Positions 40,936-54,220 of a DNA stretch of 64,000 nucleotides are shown here, one piece after another (position 1 is the first letter of the stretch; each line of letters opens with the position of its first letter). Location of the stretch: the NCBI GenBank assembly GCA_964016885.1, contig OZ024743.1:99448001-99512000 (forward strand), in the 5' to 3' direction. This DNA comes from Eledone cirrhosa. Taxonomy: Eukaryota. The translations under genes were made by a program, and so were the position numbers. A model generated the notes under the pieces. It made no database searches. It worked only from the letters and a program-made list of their open reading frames with translations, and was not told the origin of the DNA.

Positions 40936-40955
40936 TGTGTGTATATATATATATA

Positions 40956-41455
40956 TCATCATCACCATCACCATCATCATTGTTTAACGTCCATCTTCCA
41001 TGTTCGCATGGGTTGGACGGGTTTGTTCCATTTGAGGCAAGATTAGTCAGGTGACCGCATCTCATACAGAACCGTTTCTGGCAAGTGTTCTACGGCTGGA
41101 TGCCCTTCCTAATACCAACGGCTGGATGCCCTTCCTAATACCAACCACATTTACAGTGTGGACTGGGAGCCTTTTTACCATGTCTGCTACACAACCACTT
41201 TACAGTGTGGACTGGGTGTTCTTTGTCATGTCACCTACACAACCATTTTACAGTGGACGGAAGTGGAAGGATGGAGTAGGGAGTAGTACCAAAGATCTCG
41301 ATCCACTGACATTGTCTTAGAGAGGTGTAAGTGAACAAGGTCAGTTCTTATCACCTCGTCCCAGGTTTTCCTAGGTCTACCCACTCTGTAGCTTCCATCA
41401 ATTTTGATCACTCTGCACTTTTTTATACAGCTGTTGTCCTTCATACGCATCACAT
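40956..41455 (-). mobile_element. RTE/BovB 3' fragment
   Basis: VMRMKDNSCIKKCR...GRPRKTWDEVI; (GAT)n tail. Confidence 0.85.
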
Positions 41456-42994
41456 ATATAATTAATATATAATTCAGGAAGAATATATTTGGCATTCCCA
41501 CAGTGACATAGAGGTTATATGCTGCAAATTATATTAATAGATAATCTAGTTTTAAGAACAATGTATTTGAAGTAATACACTAAAATATACTAAATGAATC
41601 ACAATTATAACATAATGATCTCTATGTAATAACCAATATTTGGTTGCTTGGGACCATATTAAATCTATCCTGTTTAATCTTAACTATTAGTAATGCTATT
41701 GTTTGTATAGCTTCTGTGAGGCTGTGATTTTCTCCTGTAGCTGTGCTACACTTTATTATGATAGACTTTCTGTGACATTCGGGTTTTTCTCTTGAAAGCA
41801 GTAATATATCTTATGCTGACAATATTATAAATACAAGAGTAAACTTGGGAGACAGGTTAAACCAATAATCCCTTAGATGTGCTATTAAGGGAACCATCTT
41901 CAGGTTAAAGGTAAAACATCATATGAGAAGAAGCCTTTATATAGAATATTTTAATTATGTATTCTGCCAATATGAGGAGATATATGACTCTCTAAAGCTT
42001 CTTATATTTAATATAAAAGAAAAAGACACATACAAATAAAGAAAGTCATAACTCAAAGTGTGTGTTAATATAAAACATTTGTTCAACTATATGTCAAAGG
42101 AAACAGTATTATGAATGTTATCCAGCCATTAATTCTGTTTATGCTTTGATATCAAACTGTCTGAGACTGTCCCTGGTTCAATAATACAAAACTGCTTATT
42201 TATAAGTGTTTATATTTACCTTAGAACCTTCAATCATAATTTTATGTAAGGGCCTTTTATCAAGTTATGCTCCAACACTAACTTAATAATGAGAAAGTTA
42301 GTTATATTAACTACTCTTGTTTATTTTCAAAATTATTGGAAAATCATAGAAAGTGTCTTTCATTATAACTATGGTAACAAAAGGGTTACACTGTGTATTC
42401 ACAAAGGTTATATGGTTGCGATATCCAAGACCAGCAATTCCTTCCTACAGGTAAATTCAGTTGTTGCTGATTCTGCTAGGTTGGTCCTGATAGAGCAGAT
42501 TTATGATCAAAACATGACCATTATCTTTATATTTTAGGCAAAGTGGTGCAAACTCGGGCATCTCAACCCTGTGTTATTCAAAACAGAAATATCCTGTGGC
42601 ATTTTTGTGTGACTGAGTTACTAAATCCTTCGAAATTCCTTGTAACACATTAATTGTGTTTTTCTTTCAAAATAACAGCAATGAAAGAATAATGAAAAGG
42701 TTAGTTACTTCACTAAATCTGTCCAAATTCTCAATTAGTTTCAAAATTAATTGAAACACATAGCCAGTGAATTTCATTAGAAATCATATTACAAAAAGGT
42801 TAGTTATATGAACTACTTGGGTTAACTAATTTACCTCATTAATTATTCAAGACATAAACAAGAGAGTGCTGTTAACTTCTTATTATACAAACAGGCAATG
42901 ATGTTGTTTGTATTTGATTTAGCCATTTGTAAGTGTTCTCTTAGGGAAATGTTTACTTGAGGGAATAAACCTTTCTCAGTTTAGATTCTCTTTT

Positions 42995-43071
<77 letters not shown>

Positions 43072-43337
43072 TATATATATATATAAAAGAAAAAAGAATT
43101 TTAAAACAAATTAAAAAAACTTCTTATCAGCTAATTCTATTAATAAATGTTGTTAATGATGATGATGATGATGATGTTGATGTTAAATGAAAAACAATTC
43201 AAAATGCTTTTATTTCCAAGTGGGATAAATTAGCACACAGCTGGGAACTGAATATGAGCTGTGCACTAGTCCTGCTAGATTAATTTTTTACTCTTGCTCT
43301 CTCTTTCCTGCACTCACACACACGCACTCACACACAT

Positions 43338-43383
<46 letters not shown>

Positions 43384-44457
43384 TACAGCTATTTATATTT
43401 TCTGCTGCTGATCAGAATTGATAGTACCTTGGATAAAGTGCCCTGCAGTCTTTCGTTAGCACTTCTTAACATTTTTAGTTTAATATATTAATTGGTGTTA
43501 GGAAGGGTATCCAGCTGTAGAAATCAAGCCAGAATCAGTTCCCGTATGGGCAAGACAAGGTCAGCCGACCGGGCATTGCCCACAACATGACAACCTGTCT
43601 AACCCATGCTAGCGTGGAAGAATGGACGTAAAACGGTGATGATGATGATGATGTTACATATTTAGAATTGATCCTTTATAACATTGGCAACATGAACTGA
43701 TTAGTGATATGAGAAAATAGATTCCCTAAACATTAAAATGTGCCCAGTACATTCTATAAAATGGTTGGTGTCAGGATGGGTATCCAGCTATAGAAACCAT
43801 TCCCAAAATGGAAAATATGAACAAGACAGGGATCCTCAACCTATCTAGTCATGAGCCATGACAACTCATCCAACCCATGCCAACATAGAAAATGGGGATA
43901 AATTGATGATAGTTATTTAATGAAAATGGAACCTCTCAATTTCTCCATAAAATATAGATTATTAGTCCCTGCTCAGTTATATCAGAGATAAATTATCTGT
44001 TTAAAACAATATTACTTAACAATTATTATAACTGATTAACTATTTTATTGATTTTGTTATAGAATTTGGTTTGATTTTCTCATCTCAACTTACTTATTAA
44101 TTGTTGACATTAACTCAAATACCATGTTGCTACATTGATATTTAATGAAATCCATAGTTATATCATTGCAACAATTTTATCAGTCTTCCCTTTCCCTTAA
44201 GTATAACTCTAGAACCTATATTTTCTAGCCTATACATGAAAGGGAGCCTATGTTTTGAGCCTGTACATAGTAAGACAAACATAAGTTAACACAACATTGA
44301 GTTTTTAACTTTGACAACAGGACCCTAAATTTGATGGGAAGTGAACACAATCAATTTATATTGACTCAAAATATGATTGGAGAATATTTTATTGACATTA
44401 GAAGAATGAAAAGACAATGTCAACATCCCCAGCAGGATTTGAACTTGGAAAGTAAAC

Positions 44458-44675
44458 AAATAATGGTTTCTGACTTAGGCACAAGGCCAGAAATTTTGGG
44501 GGAGGGAGAAAGTCGATCCTAGTGCATTACTGGTACTTTATTTTATCCACTTCGTAAGGATGAAAGACAAAGTTAACATCAGTAGGATTTGAACCCAGAC
44601 TGTAAAGGGCCGTAACTCCATGCTGCAAAGCATGGTGTCCAATGCTCTACCAATGCTGCGAATCTACCGCCCAGG
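44458..44675 (-). mobile_element. SINE family B
   Basis: Reverse complement of the 20690 family; further copies at 45566-45755 and 46229-46417. Confidence 0.8.
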
Positions 44676-46550
44676 AAAGTAAACAAATAACAATAAACCA
44701 ACACAATATTAATACTATTTATTTATTTGTTTGTTGATTTATTTATAAACAATTTTTACATCTGTTTCTCCCATTCTCTATTTAACAAGTCTGCTAATGC
44801 ACGTATTGGCATGAATTATTAAAGGAAATGTTTAATAGTAAGATATGTTTTTCTATAGTCAAAGTTTCAGTGTAGCATGGGTATGTTGGTTATTAAGCCT
44901 CACCTGTCATATTGCTACATGAAACTATTGGCAGTAGACTATATGAGATGCAGTATAAATAAACACATTAGAGGAGGTTAACAGTTTGGAAAAAACATTC
45001 ATGTAAAGAAAAGAAATTAATATATTTTATTGGTATTTAGAAGATTTAATGTCATCTCTGTGGACCTATAAATTATACATCAATTTCCATATGAGCAGAA
45101 AATGAAGTTTCTATGTGGTCACAGAATCTACTTAGTGTAACTTCAATATACACTTTATCATTTAACCTTTCTACCATATTGGACCACATACTACCGAGCT
45201 ACTCCACAAGATCAGAACATCGGCAGCCCTTCTGAAGAAGGACCCCGCGAGGTGGGGTGGCCATTGTCTGGGGAATGCTTTTGCAGTCTTGTCCGTAGGG
45301 CACAGCCCCATTACAGCCGTGTCCTAGGCCCAGAGTCTAACCACTCTCCCCTCCCCATTCTTCTGTGACACTAGAACCTTACCTTTCGCTTCCTTTTCCA
45401 TTTATTTTTATGACAGAAACTGTTTATGATTTTGAAATCATTTTTAAAATCACCAGAAATTAGGAGGGATTTAATTATATAATTTCTCGTTATTGATCAA
45501 AGCATGGCGTCCGACCCTCTCCCAATACTGCCAATCCACCGCATAATAATAATAATAATAATAATAATTGTTTCTACTTTTTGGCACAAGGCCAGCAATA
45601 ACCCAGTACATTACTGGTACTTTATTATTTTATCGCCCCCGTAAGGATGAAAGGCAAAGTTAACCTCGGCGGGATTTGAACTCAGATCATAAAGGGAGGT
45701 AACTCTATGCTTCAAAGCATGGCGCCCGACCCTCTACCGATACTGCCAATTCACCTAATGAAATATTGTGTACAGTGCTCAGGTGCACTACAACTCATCA
45801 AAAAATGTATGTATAGTACATAGGGTAATATACAAACGTTTAGTAGAATGAACAGTGCAGTGCATGAGTCATGATATACACATGTGTGCATGTGTATGGA
45901 AGAGGTACATCAGGTGTAGTTTTGGCGAATGAATTTCATATTCCAATATTAAGTTAGACTATTTAATTATTCAGACATATCATGTAGCATAGTATCTGAC
46001 ATGAAACATATCTAAGAAAAGCAATTTATTCTGGGTGCCCTTCCTAACACCAACCACATTTACAGTGTGGAACTGGGAGGTTTTTACCGTGTTACCTACA
46101 CGGCCACATTTACAGCGTGGACTGTGTGTGTTTTTTGTCGTTACACCTACACGACCTCATTTGTTTTGGCCTGGATGTTGGGGTACCAACATAACTTTAC
46201 ATTGAAAGGGGTGGTGTGGATATTTTAGTTAATTGTTTCTACTTTTGGCACAAGGCCAGCAATTACCCAATGCATTACTGGTACTTTATTTTATCGACCC
46301 CGAAAGGATGAAAAGCAAAGTTAACCTCGGCGGGATTTGAACTCAGAATGGCAAGGGCCGTAACTCTATACGTCAAAGCATAGCGTCCGACCCTCTACCA
46401 ATACTGCCAATCCACCAGTTAATGAGAGTGGGTAAGATATTTGTTTCTATGGCAACATCTTGTTATCTCCGGAGGGGGACACTGTATTTATTGGCCTGTA
46501 ACTCCTGATGGAGATGAAGGGCTGTTATTGTGAAATAAAGTGGTACTTTA

Positions 46551-46856
46551 GTGGTGGTGGCAGCGGTGGTAGTAATAGTAATAGTAGTAGTAGTAGTGGT
46601 AGTAGTAGTGGTGGTGGTGGTAGTAGTGGTGGTGGTAGTAGTAGTAGTGGTGGTGATAGTAGTAGTAGTAATACTAGTAGTAGCAGTAGCAATAATAATA
46701 GTAGTAGTAGTAATAGTAGTAGTAGTAGTAGTAGTAGCAGTAGTAGCAATAGTAGTAGTAGTAGCAGTAGTAGCAGTAGTAGTAGTAGTAGTAGCAGTAG
46801 TAGCAGTAGTAGCAGTAGCAGTAGTAGTAGTAGCAGTAGCAGTAGTAGTAGTAGTT
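46551..46856. repeat. Imperfect (GTA/GCA/GTG)n microsatellite
   Basis: Direct reading. Confidence 0.95.
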
Positions 46857-47430
46857 GTGATACTCAGAAACATTAGTGTCTGCAGTTCTGTTCACATACC
46901 AACATAAGAGCAAGAATGAATGGTTCATTCTACTGACATGGCTATAAAATTGAGGCTTGTTTGCATAATTGCAAACGAATCGAATGTTTTTATTAATATT
47001 CGAAAAACTCAGATTACATTTATTGTATTCAGCCATGTGGAGCAAAATTTTCTTTTTTATATATATGTATATATATTGTTATACTTGGGGAGGCTCATAT
47101 TATTGTAGATACACAATACAACAGGAGGAACATAATATAATAGTACCACTGATGATGCTGCAGATGTGCAATGAAAGAACTTTGTTAGACTATATATATG
47201 TGTTTATATCTATATTATATCTGTATTTTTGACCGTTGGTCAGTCAATGGTAACATTGAGGACCAAATGAATTAACTGTGGAGATATAAAAGATACAGAA
47301 GCGAAAACCAACCAAACAGTGAGTGTGTTCTGTTGTTATTTCTGGCAATATTATTACAACAATATTACCCTCCCCAAGTATAACAATATTTGTTTCGACA
47401 CGATTTCATATCAAAAACCTCACAAAACAA

Positions 47431-47467
<37 letters not shown>

Positions 47468-47877
47468 AACAGGTACTTAAGTTTAAGTTTTGTTGGGTTC
47501 TGGACCCCAACTCATTCAACCTGTCATAAGAAAAAGGCAAAATATACAAGATTTTTGCAAGGAGATTATGTGTGAGTGTGCTTGCTTATGAGACAGTGTG
47601 AGGGAGGTGGTTAATTCTATTCTGTAGTGTTTTGGATAGCTGACTCAATTTTGTATGCTAAAGTCGTTATCTGATACGTTTTGGAACAATGATGGCTGTT
47701 TCCAAAGCCTGACTGTCATTTTATCTATTAGAGAGAGGCTTTTCAAACATCACTCCAAGCATTATTTTCCAATAATACTTTTAGCCATGGTTTTATTATC
47801 TCTTATCTGTGGCTTTGAGAAGTTATTTCTAGAATCAGGAGGTGGCTTGCTTTTTCCTTTATTTTATTATATACATA

Positions 47878-47928
<51 letters not shown>

Positions 47929-48312
47929 CACACACAAATGTATATATTTTTTGACTTTGACAATATGTAAAAAGTGATAAGTAAGAAAGAATGATGATAT
48001 ATTAGTCATCTTTTTAATTAACACATTAGTAATACTGTTGCTACTATTGTTATACTATGCATATTCAGTAGCATTATTATAAAGATAGAATTTATCTGCT
48101 ACAAATACTGCACCAGGCTGTATACTGCACCATAACAGTTTTCTGCCATCTTCCTATTGTTAATCTACTATATATATATATATATATATACACATATATA
48201 TATCAATATCATTGCCATTTTTCCTACAAGGGTATATATATCTATAATTGGTGTCGGATGCTTAAAGCGGTAGGCCATTTGAGCACTCAATGCTCTTACA
48301 GAGCAGATTATG

Positions 48313-48511
48313 ATATCACATAAGAAACGGAGAATCAGTGTTGGAAACTCTGCTTCGTAGAATCGAGACATATCTGAAGAACTTGCAATTTCAGAGTCAG
48401 GTTTGATCATTGCATCGATCGTGCCTCGTGCTCGTCGCCAGAGAAACGATTGTAATATGTCTAATAAATTTTATTCGGCGCAACACTGATTCTCCCTTTC
48501 TTATGTGATAT
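48313..48511 (+). mobile_element. Penelope-like remnant: hammerhead bracketed by 31-bp inverted repeats
   Basis: Inverted repeats 48313-48343 and 48481-48511. Confidence 0.65.
48366..48462 (+). ncRNA. Minimal type I hammerhead ribozyme
   Basis: AGACATAT-CTGAAGA-...-GAAA-CGATTG-TA-ATATGTCT: 8-bp helix I, GUA triplet, AATAAA at 48463; helix II base imperfect. Confidence 0.75.
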
Positions 48512-48530
48512 ATATATATATATATATCCA

Positions 48531-48875
48531 GGGAGTGTAACTTGGAGTTACTGTAGGTTCACCCGGGTGAGCACTCGATGCTTAGGTTCACTTCAGTGTC
48601 GAGGTGTAGAGCTAGACAGAGTGTATTATAGTAAAATAAAACAAGGACGAGTTGTTACTCCTTCATTATGTTTATTGGTTGATGACCCACGGTTTGCCAC
48701 TGATCAGCTCAAGGTTTGATCTATATCAATCTAGCTTGACTCTGTAATCCCAGATTACAGAGTTGGGCTAGATCGATACAGATCAAACCTTGAGCTGATC
48801 AGTTGCGAAACACACATCACCAACCAATAAACATAATGAAGGAGTAACCAACCGTCCCTGTTTTATTTTACTATA
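48531..48875. mobile_element. Penelope-like remnant (12481 family) as a foldback
   Basis: Minus copy 48531-48749 and plus copy 48753-48875; arms ~123 bp. Confidence 0.75.
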
Positions 48876-48887
48876 TATATATGTATG

Positions 48888-50034
48888 TCTATAAAATTAA
48901 GTATGTGTGTGTGTGTCTGTGTGTCTGTGTATTACTTATAGGGGCCTACATCTTACAAACGATTTTCATGAAATTTACAGGCTCATAGATTAGTCATCGG
49001 GGAGTGTTTCTATATATTAGCGTATCATTTTTATTATTCCAGGGTCATTCTGCAGATAAAAATCGATGGGGGGGAGGGGGGGGGGTCACCTTTTTTTAGG
49101 TAATGAAAAATAAGATTTTTGGCTCTAGCTCCCACATTTTGCCACCGATTTCGTTCAAATTTTAAAGCAAAATAAAATTTATCATTGCACATCCTGTAAT
49201 GGCTTTATATTTTGCATTTGTTGTTCAGGGACGGCGTGGCAGCCGCTTAAATATTCAAAAATACCACTTTTAGACTCAAATTTCCACTTTTTCGGCTCTA
49301 GCTCCCACATTAATCAACCTACTTTGTTCAAATTTTACACTACGCTAGATCTGATTATTTCACGTCTTAAAGTGGCTTTACATTTGGATTTTTTGTTCAG
49401 GAACGGCGTGGTAGACGCTTAAATATTCGAAAATACCACCTTTTCGGCTTTAGAACTTCGGCTCCACCTCACACATAAATCAATTTATTTGGTTCAACTT
49501 TTATACTCCGATAGAACCTATCACTGCACATCTTATAGTAGCTTTACACTTTGCATTTTTAGTTCAGGGACGGCGACCTATCATTAGCTCCCACATTTTT
49601 CAACCGATTTCGTTCAAATTCGAAACTTCAGCTCCACCTCACACATAAATTAATTTATTTGGTTCAACTTTTATACTACGATAGAACCTATCATTGCACA
49701 TCTTATAGATGGTCAAAGGCAAAACGATGGTCAAAGGCAAAACGATGGCCACTGATGTCGTCTGAGCTTTTCGTTGTGTATTTGAGAATTCATCGGTTTC
49801 TAATCAAGTAGCGTGAGGAAACTTGGCTTAGTGTTAGAGGTCATTACCCCACCCCCAGCATGCCCCTTCGTCAGTCACCCGCATTTCTCAGTTATAGAGG
49901 TCATCACCACCCTCCCCTGCATGGCCTGTGTGTGGCCATAGATGAGTCATTGAGAAGCAGTCGCTAAGATCAACACCTTCTCATCAAAGCAGATATTATT
50001 TTACCTACCCAGGCAACGCTGGGTACTGCTGCTA

Positions 50035-50035
<1 letters not shown>
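48888..50035 (+). mobile_element. Non-autonomous Helitron/Helentron-like element with internal subrepeats
   Basis: 5' TCTATAAAATTAAG plus (GT/GTCT)n, repeated CCGATTTCGTTCAAATTT motifs, 3' hairpin CCCAGGCAACGCTGGG then CTAG-T. Confidence 0.75.
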
Positions 50036-50070
<35 letters not shown>

Positions 50071-50208
50071 GGAAGCAGAAAATTGCTTATTGTGATCCAG
50101 TTCATGGTTAAGAAAGCCAGTTTCATGGACGGTTTCAACGTTTTATATATATATATATATGGACGGTTTCTCTTTTATATATATATATATATATATATAC
50201 ATATATAT

Positions 50209-50255
<47 letters not shown>

Positions 50256-50658
50256 AAGGGTATGCACCTCGTTGATGTATATAGGTGTGTTGGTTTTGAT
50301 CTTGGCTGCACATACTTGTTTCAATGGTCGATTGAGTCAGTTGTGAGTTATTGCTGTTTATTTACAGATGTGTTTATGTCATCTCTTATGTTTGCAAAGC
50401 AAGAAAATATTGAACAACATTACATGATCAAATTAGTTAATTTCTGGTGAGGAAAACCATTCACACATCTAATTCTGTGGGATTTATAGTTGAAATTGAA
50501 GTTGAAAGTCATTTTGGGACAGTGGAAAACATACAAAAGATTGTAACTAATAATATAAGGACACACATAGAAAATTATATTCTGTACTACTGAGATAATA
50601 GAAAAGTGTTGTAACCACTGTGTGGTGACTTCACAAGGGTTATATTTTGATATATATC

Positions 50659-51000
50659 ATCATCATCATCATTTCGTTTTACGTCTGCTTTTTCCTTGCT
50701 TGCAAGGGTGGGGCGGGAACTGATTCTGGCTTGATTTCTACAGCTGGATGCCCCTCCTAACACCAACCTCATTTACAGTGTGGGCTGGGTGCTTTTTTGT
50801 TGTGGCACCTCCACGACCACTTTACAGTGGAATGATAGGGACCCCAGTCCCTATCATCTCATTTCTACAGCTGAGTAAACTGGAGCAATGTGAAATAAAG
50901 TGTCTTGCTCAAGGAAACAACACATCACCCAGTCTGAGAGTTGAACTCACAACCTTTCGATTGCAAGATCAATGCTCTAACCACTAAGCCATGTGCCTCC
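50659..51000 (-). mobile_element. Full-length CORE-like SINE, family A
   Basis: Close reverse complement of 33626-33975. Confidence 0.9.
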
Positions 51001-51022
51001 ATATATATATATATATATATAT

Positions 51023-51300
51023 TCATCATCATCATCATCATCATCATTTTACGTCCGCTTTTCCCTGCTTGCAAGGGTGGGATGGGTCCTATTCAGCACA
51101 GCATCTCTCCACTTGTCACGGTCCTTCGTCATCTCCACCGTGAGCTTCAGCGATCTGAGGTCTGTTCTCAGCACCTCTGCCCATGCTTTTCGTGGTCTAC
51201 CTCTACCACGTCCTCCTTCAACTGGCATTTCCTGGTACTTCTTCACCCATCGGTCATCCTCCATGCACATCACATGTCCATACCACCTCAGTCTCTTCTC
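51023..51300 (-). mobile_element. RTE/BovB 3' fragment (second subfamily)
   Basis: DDRWVKKYQEMPVEGGRGRGRPRKAWAEV; (GAT)n tail. Confidence 0.85.
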
Positions 51301-51327
51301 TCGGACGTTAAACGATGCTGCTGATGA

Positions 51328-53292
51328 TCATCATCATCACCATCATTACCGTTTTACGTCCGTTCTTCCACGCTAGCATGGGTTAGACGGGTTGTCCTGT
51401 TGTGGGCAGTGTCTGGTCGGCTGACCATGCCTTGCTCATACAGGAACTGATCTGGCTTGATTTCTACAGCTGGATGCCCTTCCTAACACCAACCTCATTT
51501 ACAGTGAGTGCTGGGTGCTTTTTCGTGGCGCCTACACGTCCACTTTACAGTGTGGGCTGGGTGCTTTTTTGCCGTGGCACCTCCACGACCACCTTGCGGT
51601 GGGGGGGGGGCATATTGTTTATATGCTTCAGCATGTACCCATGGGAGGTCGGGTACCCTGTATTACTGCGTGACGCCAGAAGTCACGGTCGTGTGTCATT
51701 GACTTTGAGAGGTGTAGTTGGGTAAGGTCGGCTTTTATCACCTCATCCCAAGTCATCTTGGGTCTCCCCACTCCGCGGTTTCCATCAACTTCTAGTGCTC
51801 TGCACCTTTTTATGCAGCTGTCATCCTTCATACGCATCACATGTCCATACCAGCGTAACCGCCTCTCCTGCACGCAGCATTTGATTCCTCTTATGCTCAG
51901 TCTCTCTCTCAATTCCTTTATGCTTTGTCGTTCACGTATATTACTGTTACACATCCATCGGAGCATGCAGGCTTCGTTTCTCTCTAATCTACGTAAGTCT
52001 TCCACCTTCAGCGCCCAGGTCTCACTACCATGCAACATCGCTGTTCGGATACACGCATCATACAGTCTGCCTTTCATTCTGAGGGAGAAGCCTTTTGCAG
52101 CTAGCAGTGGTAGTAGTTCCCTAAACTTCTTCCATCCCGTTCTTACCCTAGTTATTGTACTTTCTGAGCACCCACCTCCGTTGCTAATTCGGTCACCTAG
52201 GTAGCAGAAGCTGTCTACTGTTTCTACAGGGCCCTCCCAGAGATTGGTGGTACTTGTTTCCTGTGGCTGTTTGCTTGCTGTTTCAGCACAGCTGCTGCAT
52301 GTGAATCCTACATTCTTAATTAAGCTTCCTGAGATCCCGCTACATCTCTTGTGTACCCATTGTTTGCATTTGGGGCAGAGAATGGAGTTCCTACCTACAC
52401 CTTTCCTACATACTGAGCAAGGCCATTTCCCTGAGGGGATCTGGGTTCTGTTTTCTCGTCTACTTATAAGGACCTTAGTCTTTGTCATGTTGACTTTGAG
52501 GCCCTTTCTCTCTAGTCCCTGCTTCCAGGTTTGGAATTTATTCTCTAGTTCTACCATAGATTCAGCTATGAGTGCGAGGTCATCAGCATACAGGAGTTCC
52601 CATGGGCATCCGGTCTTAAACTCCTCCGTTATTGCCTGCAGGACTATGATGAACAGGAGAGGGCTAAGAACAGAGCCCTGGTGGACCCCAACCTGTACGC
52701 TAAATTCCTCGCTATACTCATTGCCAATCCTAACTTTGCTGACTGCTCCCCTATACATGGCTTGTACCGCTTTCACAAGCCATTCATCTACTCCTAGTTT
52801 TCTAAGAGCCCACCAGATTACTGCACGTGGAACTCTGTCAAAGGCTTTCTCAAGGTCGACAAATGCCAAGTAGAGTGGCTTACTTTTAGCTAGGTACTTT
52901 TCCTGTAATTGCCTCACAAGGAAGAGGGCATCAGTGGTGCCTTTCCCTGGTACAAACCCAAATTGCATCTCGTCTATATTCACCCGGTCCCTAATCAGCT
53001 GTGCTATAACTCTTTCTGTTACTTTCATGACCTGGTCCATCAACTTTATACCTCTATAGTTTCCTCTATCTAGTGCATCGCCTTTACCTTTGTAGCAGTT
53101 GACAATGATGCTACTGCACCAATCTTTTGGTATGGCCCCCTCTAGTATTACCTGGTTAACGATACGTGTGGTTATAGTGTGACCTACAGACCCAGATGCC
53201 TTCAGCATCTCGGCAGCTATACCCGATGGACCGGTTGCCTTCCCTATCTTCATATCTCTGATTGCCTTACTTACTACGCTGCCGCTGACTTG
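51328..53292 (-). mobile_element. 5'-truncated RTE/BovB LINE with an uninterrupted RT frame (51628-53290)
   Basis: NYRGIKLM, QFGF, FVDLEKAFDRV, VHQGSVLSPLLF, YADD, PHD-like Cys/His cluster, FCYLG; 3' UTR and (GAT)n tail. Confidence 0.95.
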
Positions 53293-53315
53293 TATATATG
53301 ATGTATATATATATA

Positions 53316-53371
<56 letters not shown>

Positions 53372-53797
53372 TATACATATATAATAAAAGTGAACAAGGA
53401 AAAACAACATAGGAGAACAATACAATACAATGATGGTATATTGGTTTAATGCTTGATAGTCACACACACACATATATATACATAAATATATATATATTTT
53501 CCCATCTACTCCAAGTATGTGTGGGAAAATAGATGTTGAATGATGATGATGATGATACACATACTTTATTTTGGATTTGAGAAACTGAACAAAACCGTTT
53601 CCAAGACAAAAAGATGGTCTGCCTATACTAATTGTACTATATTACACTGGGAAGTTCTTTAAAACCTTCCACCATAATTTTATGTAATAACCTTTGTTAA
53701 GTTAAGTTCCCAAAACCAACTTAATAATCATAAAGTTAGTTATATTACTAAATCTCTAAATTCTTCATTATTTAAAAGTTTAGTTGAAAATCATAAG

Positions 53798-54220
53798 CAG
53801 TGTCTTTCATTAGAAATATGGTAATGAAAGGGTTAAGGACATAGACAGTGTCTTTCATTAGAAATATGGTAATGAAAGGGTTAATGACATAGACAGTGTC
53901 TTTCATTAGAAATATGATAATGAAAGGGTTAATGACATAGACAGTGTCTTTCATTAGAAATATGGTAATTAAAGGGTTAATGACATAGACAGTGTCTTTC
54001 ATTAGAAATATGATAATGAAAGGGTTAATGACATAGACAGTGTCTTTCATTAGAAATATGGTAATGAAAGGGTTAAAGACATAGACAGTGTCTTTCATTA
54101 GAAATATGGTAATGAAAGGGTTAAAGACATAGACAGTGTCTTTCATTAGAAATATGGTAATGAAAGGGTTAAAGACATAGACAGTGTCTTTCATTAGAAA
54201 TATGGTCAGGAAAGGGTGAA
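53798..54220. repeat. 48-bp tandem array x~9 formed from the end of MITE M2
   Basis: Unit CAGTGTCTTTCATTAGAAATATGGTAATGAAAGGGTTAA(T/A/G)GACATAGA. Confidence 0.93.

Noticed and set aside
45228-45300. CCCTT-CTGAAGA-AGGAC possible hammerhead
   Set aside because: No properly placed GAAA or helix III downstream
53772-54194. 140-aa ORF with a 16-aa repeat
   Set aside because: Translation of the 48-bp array
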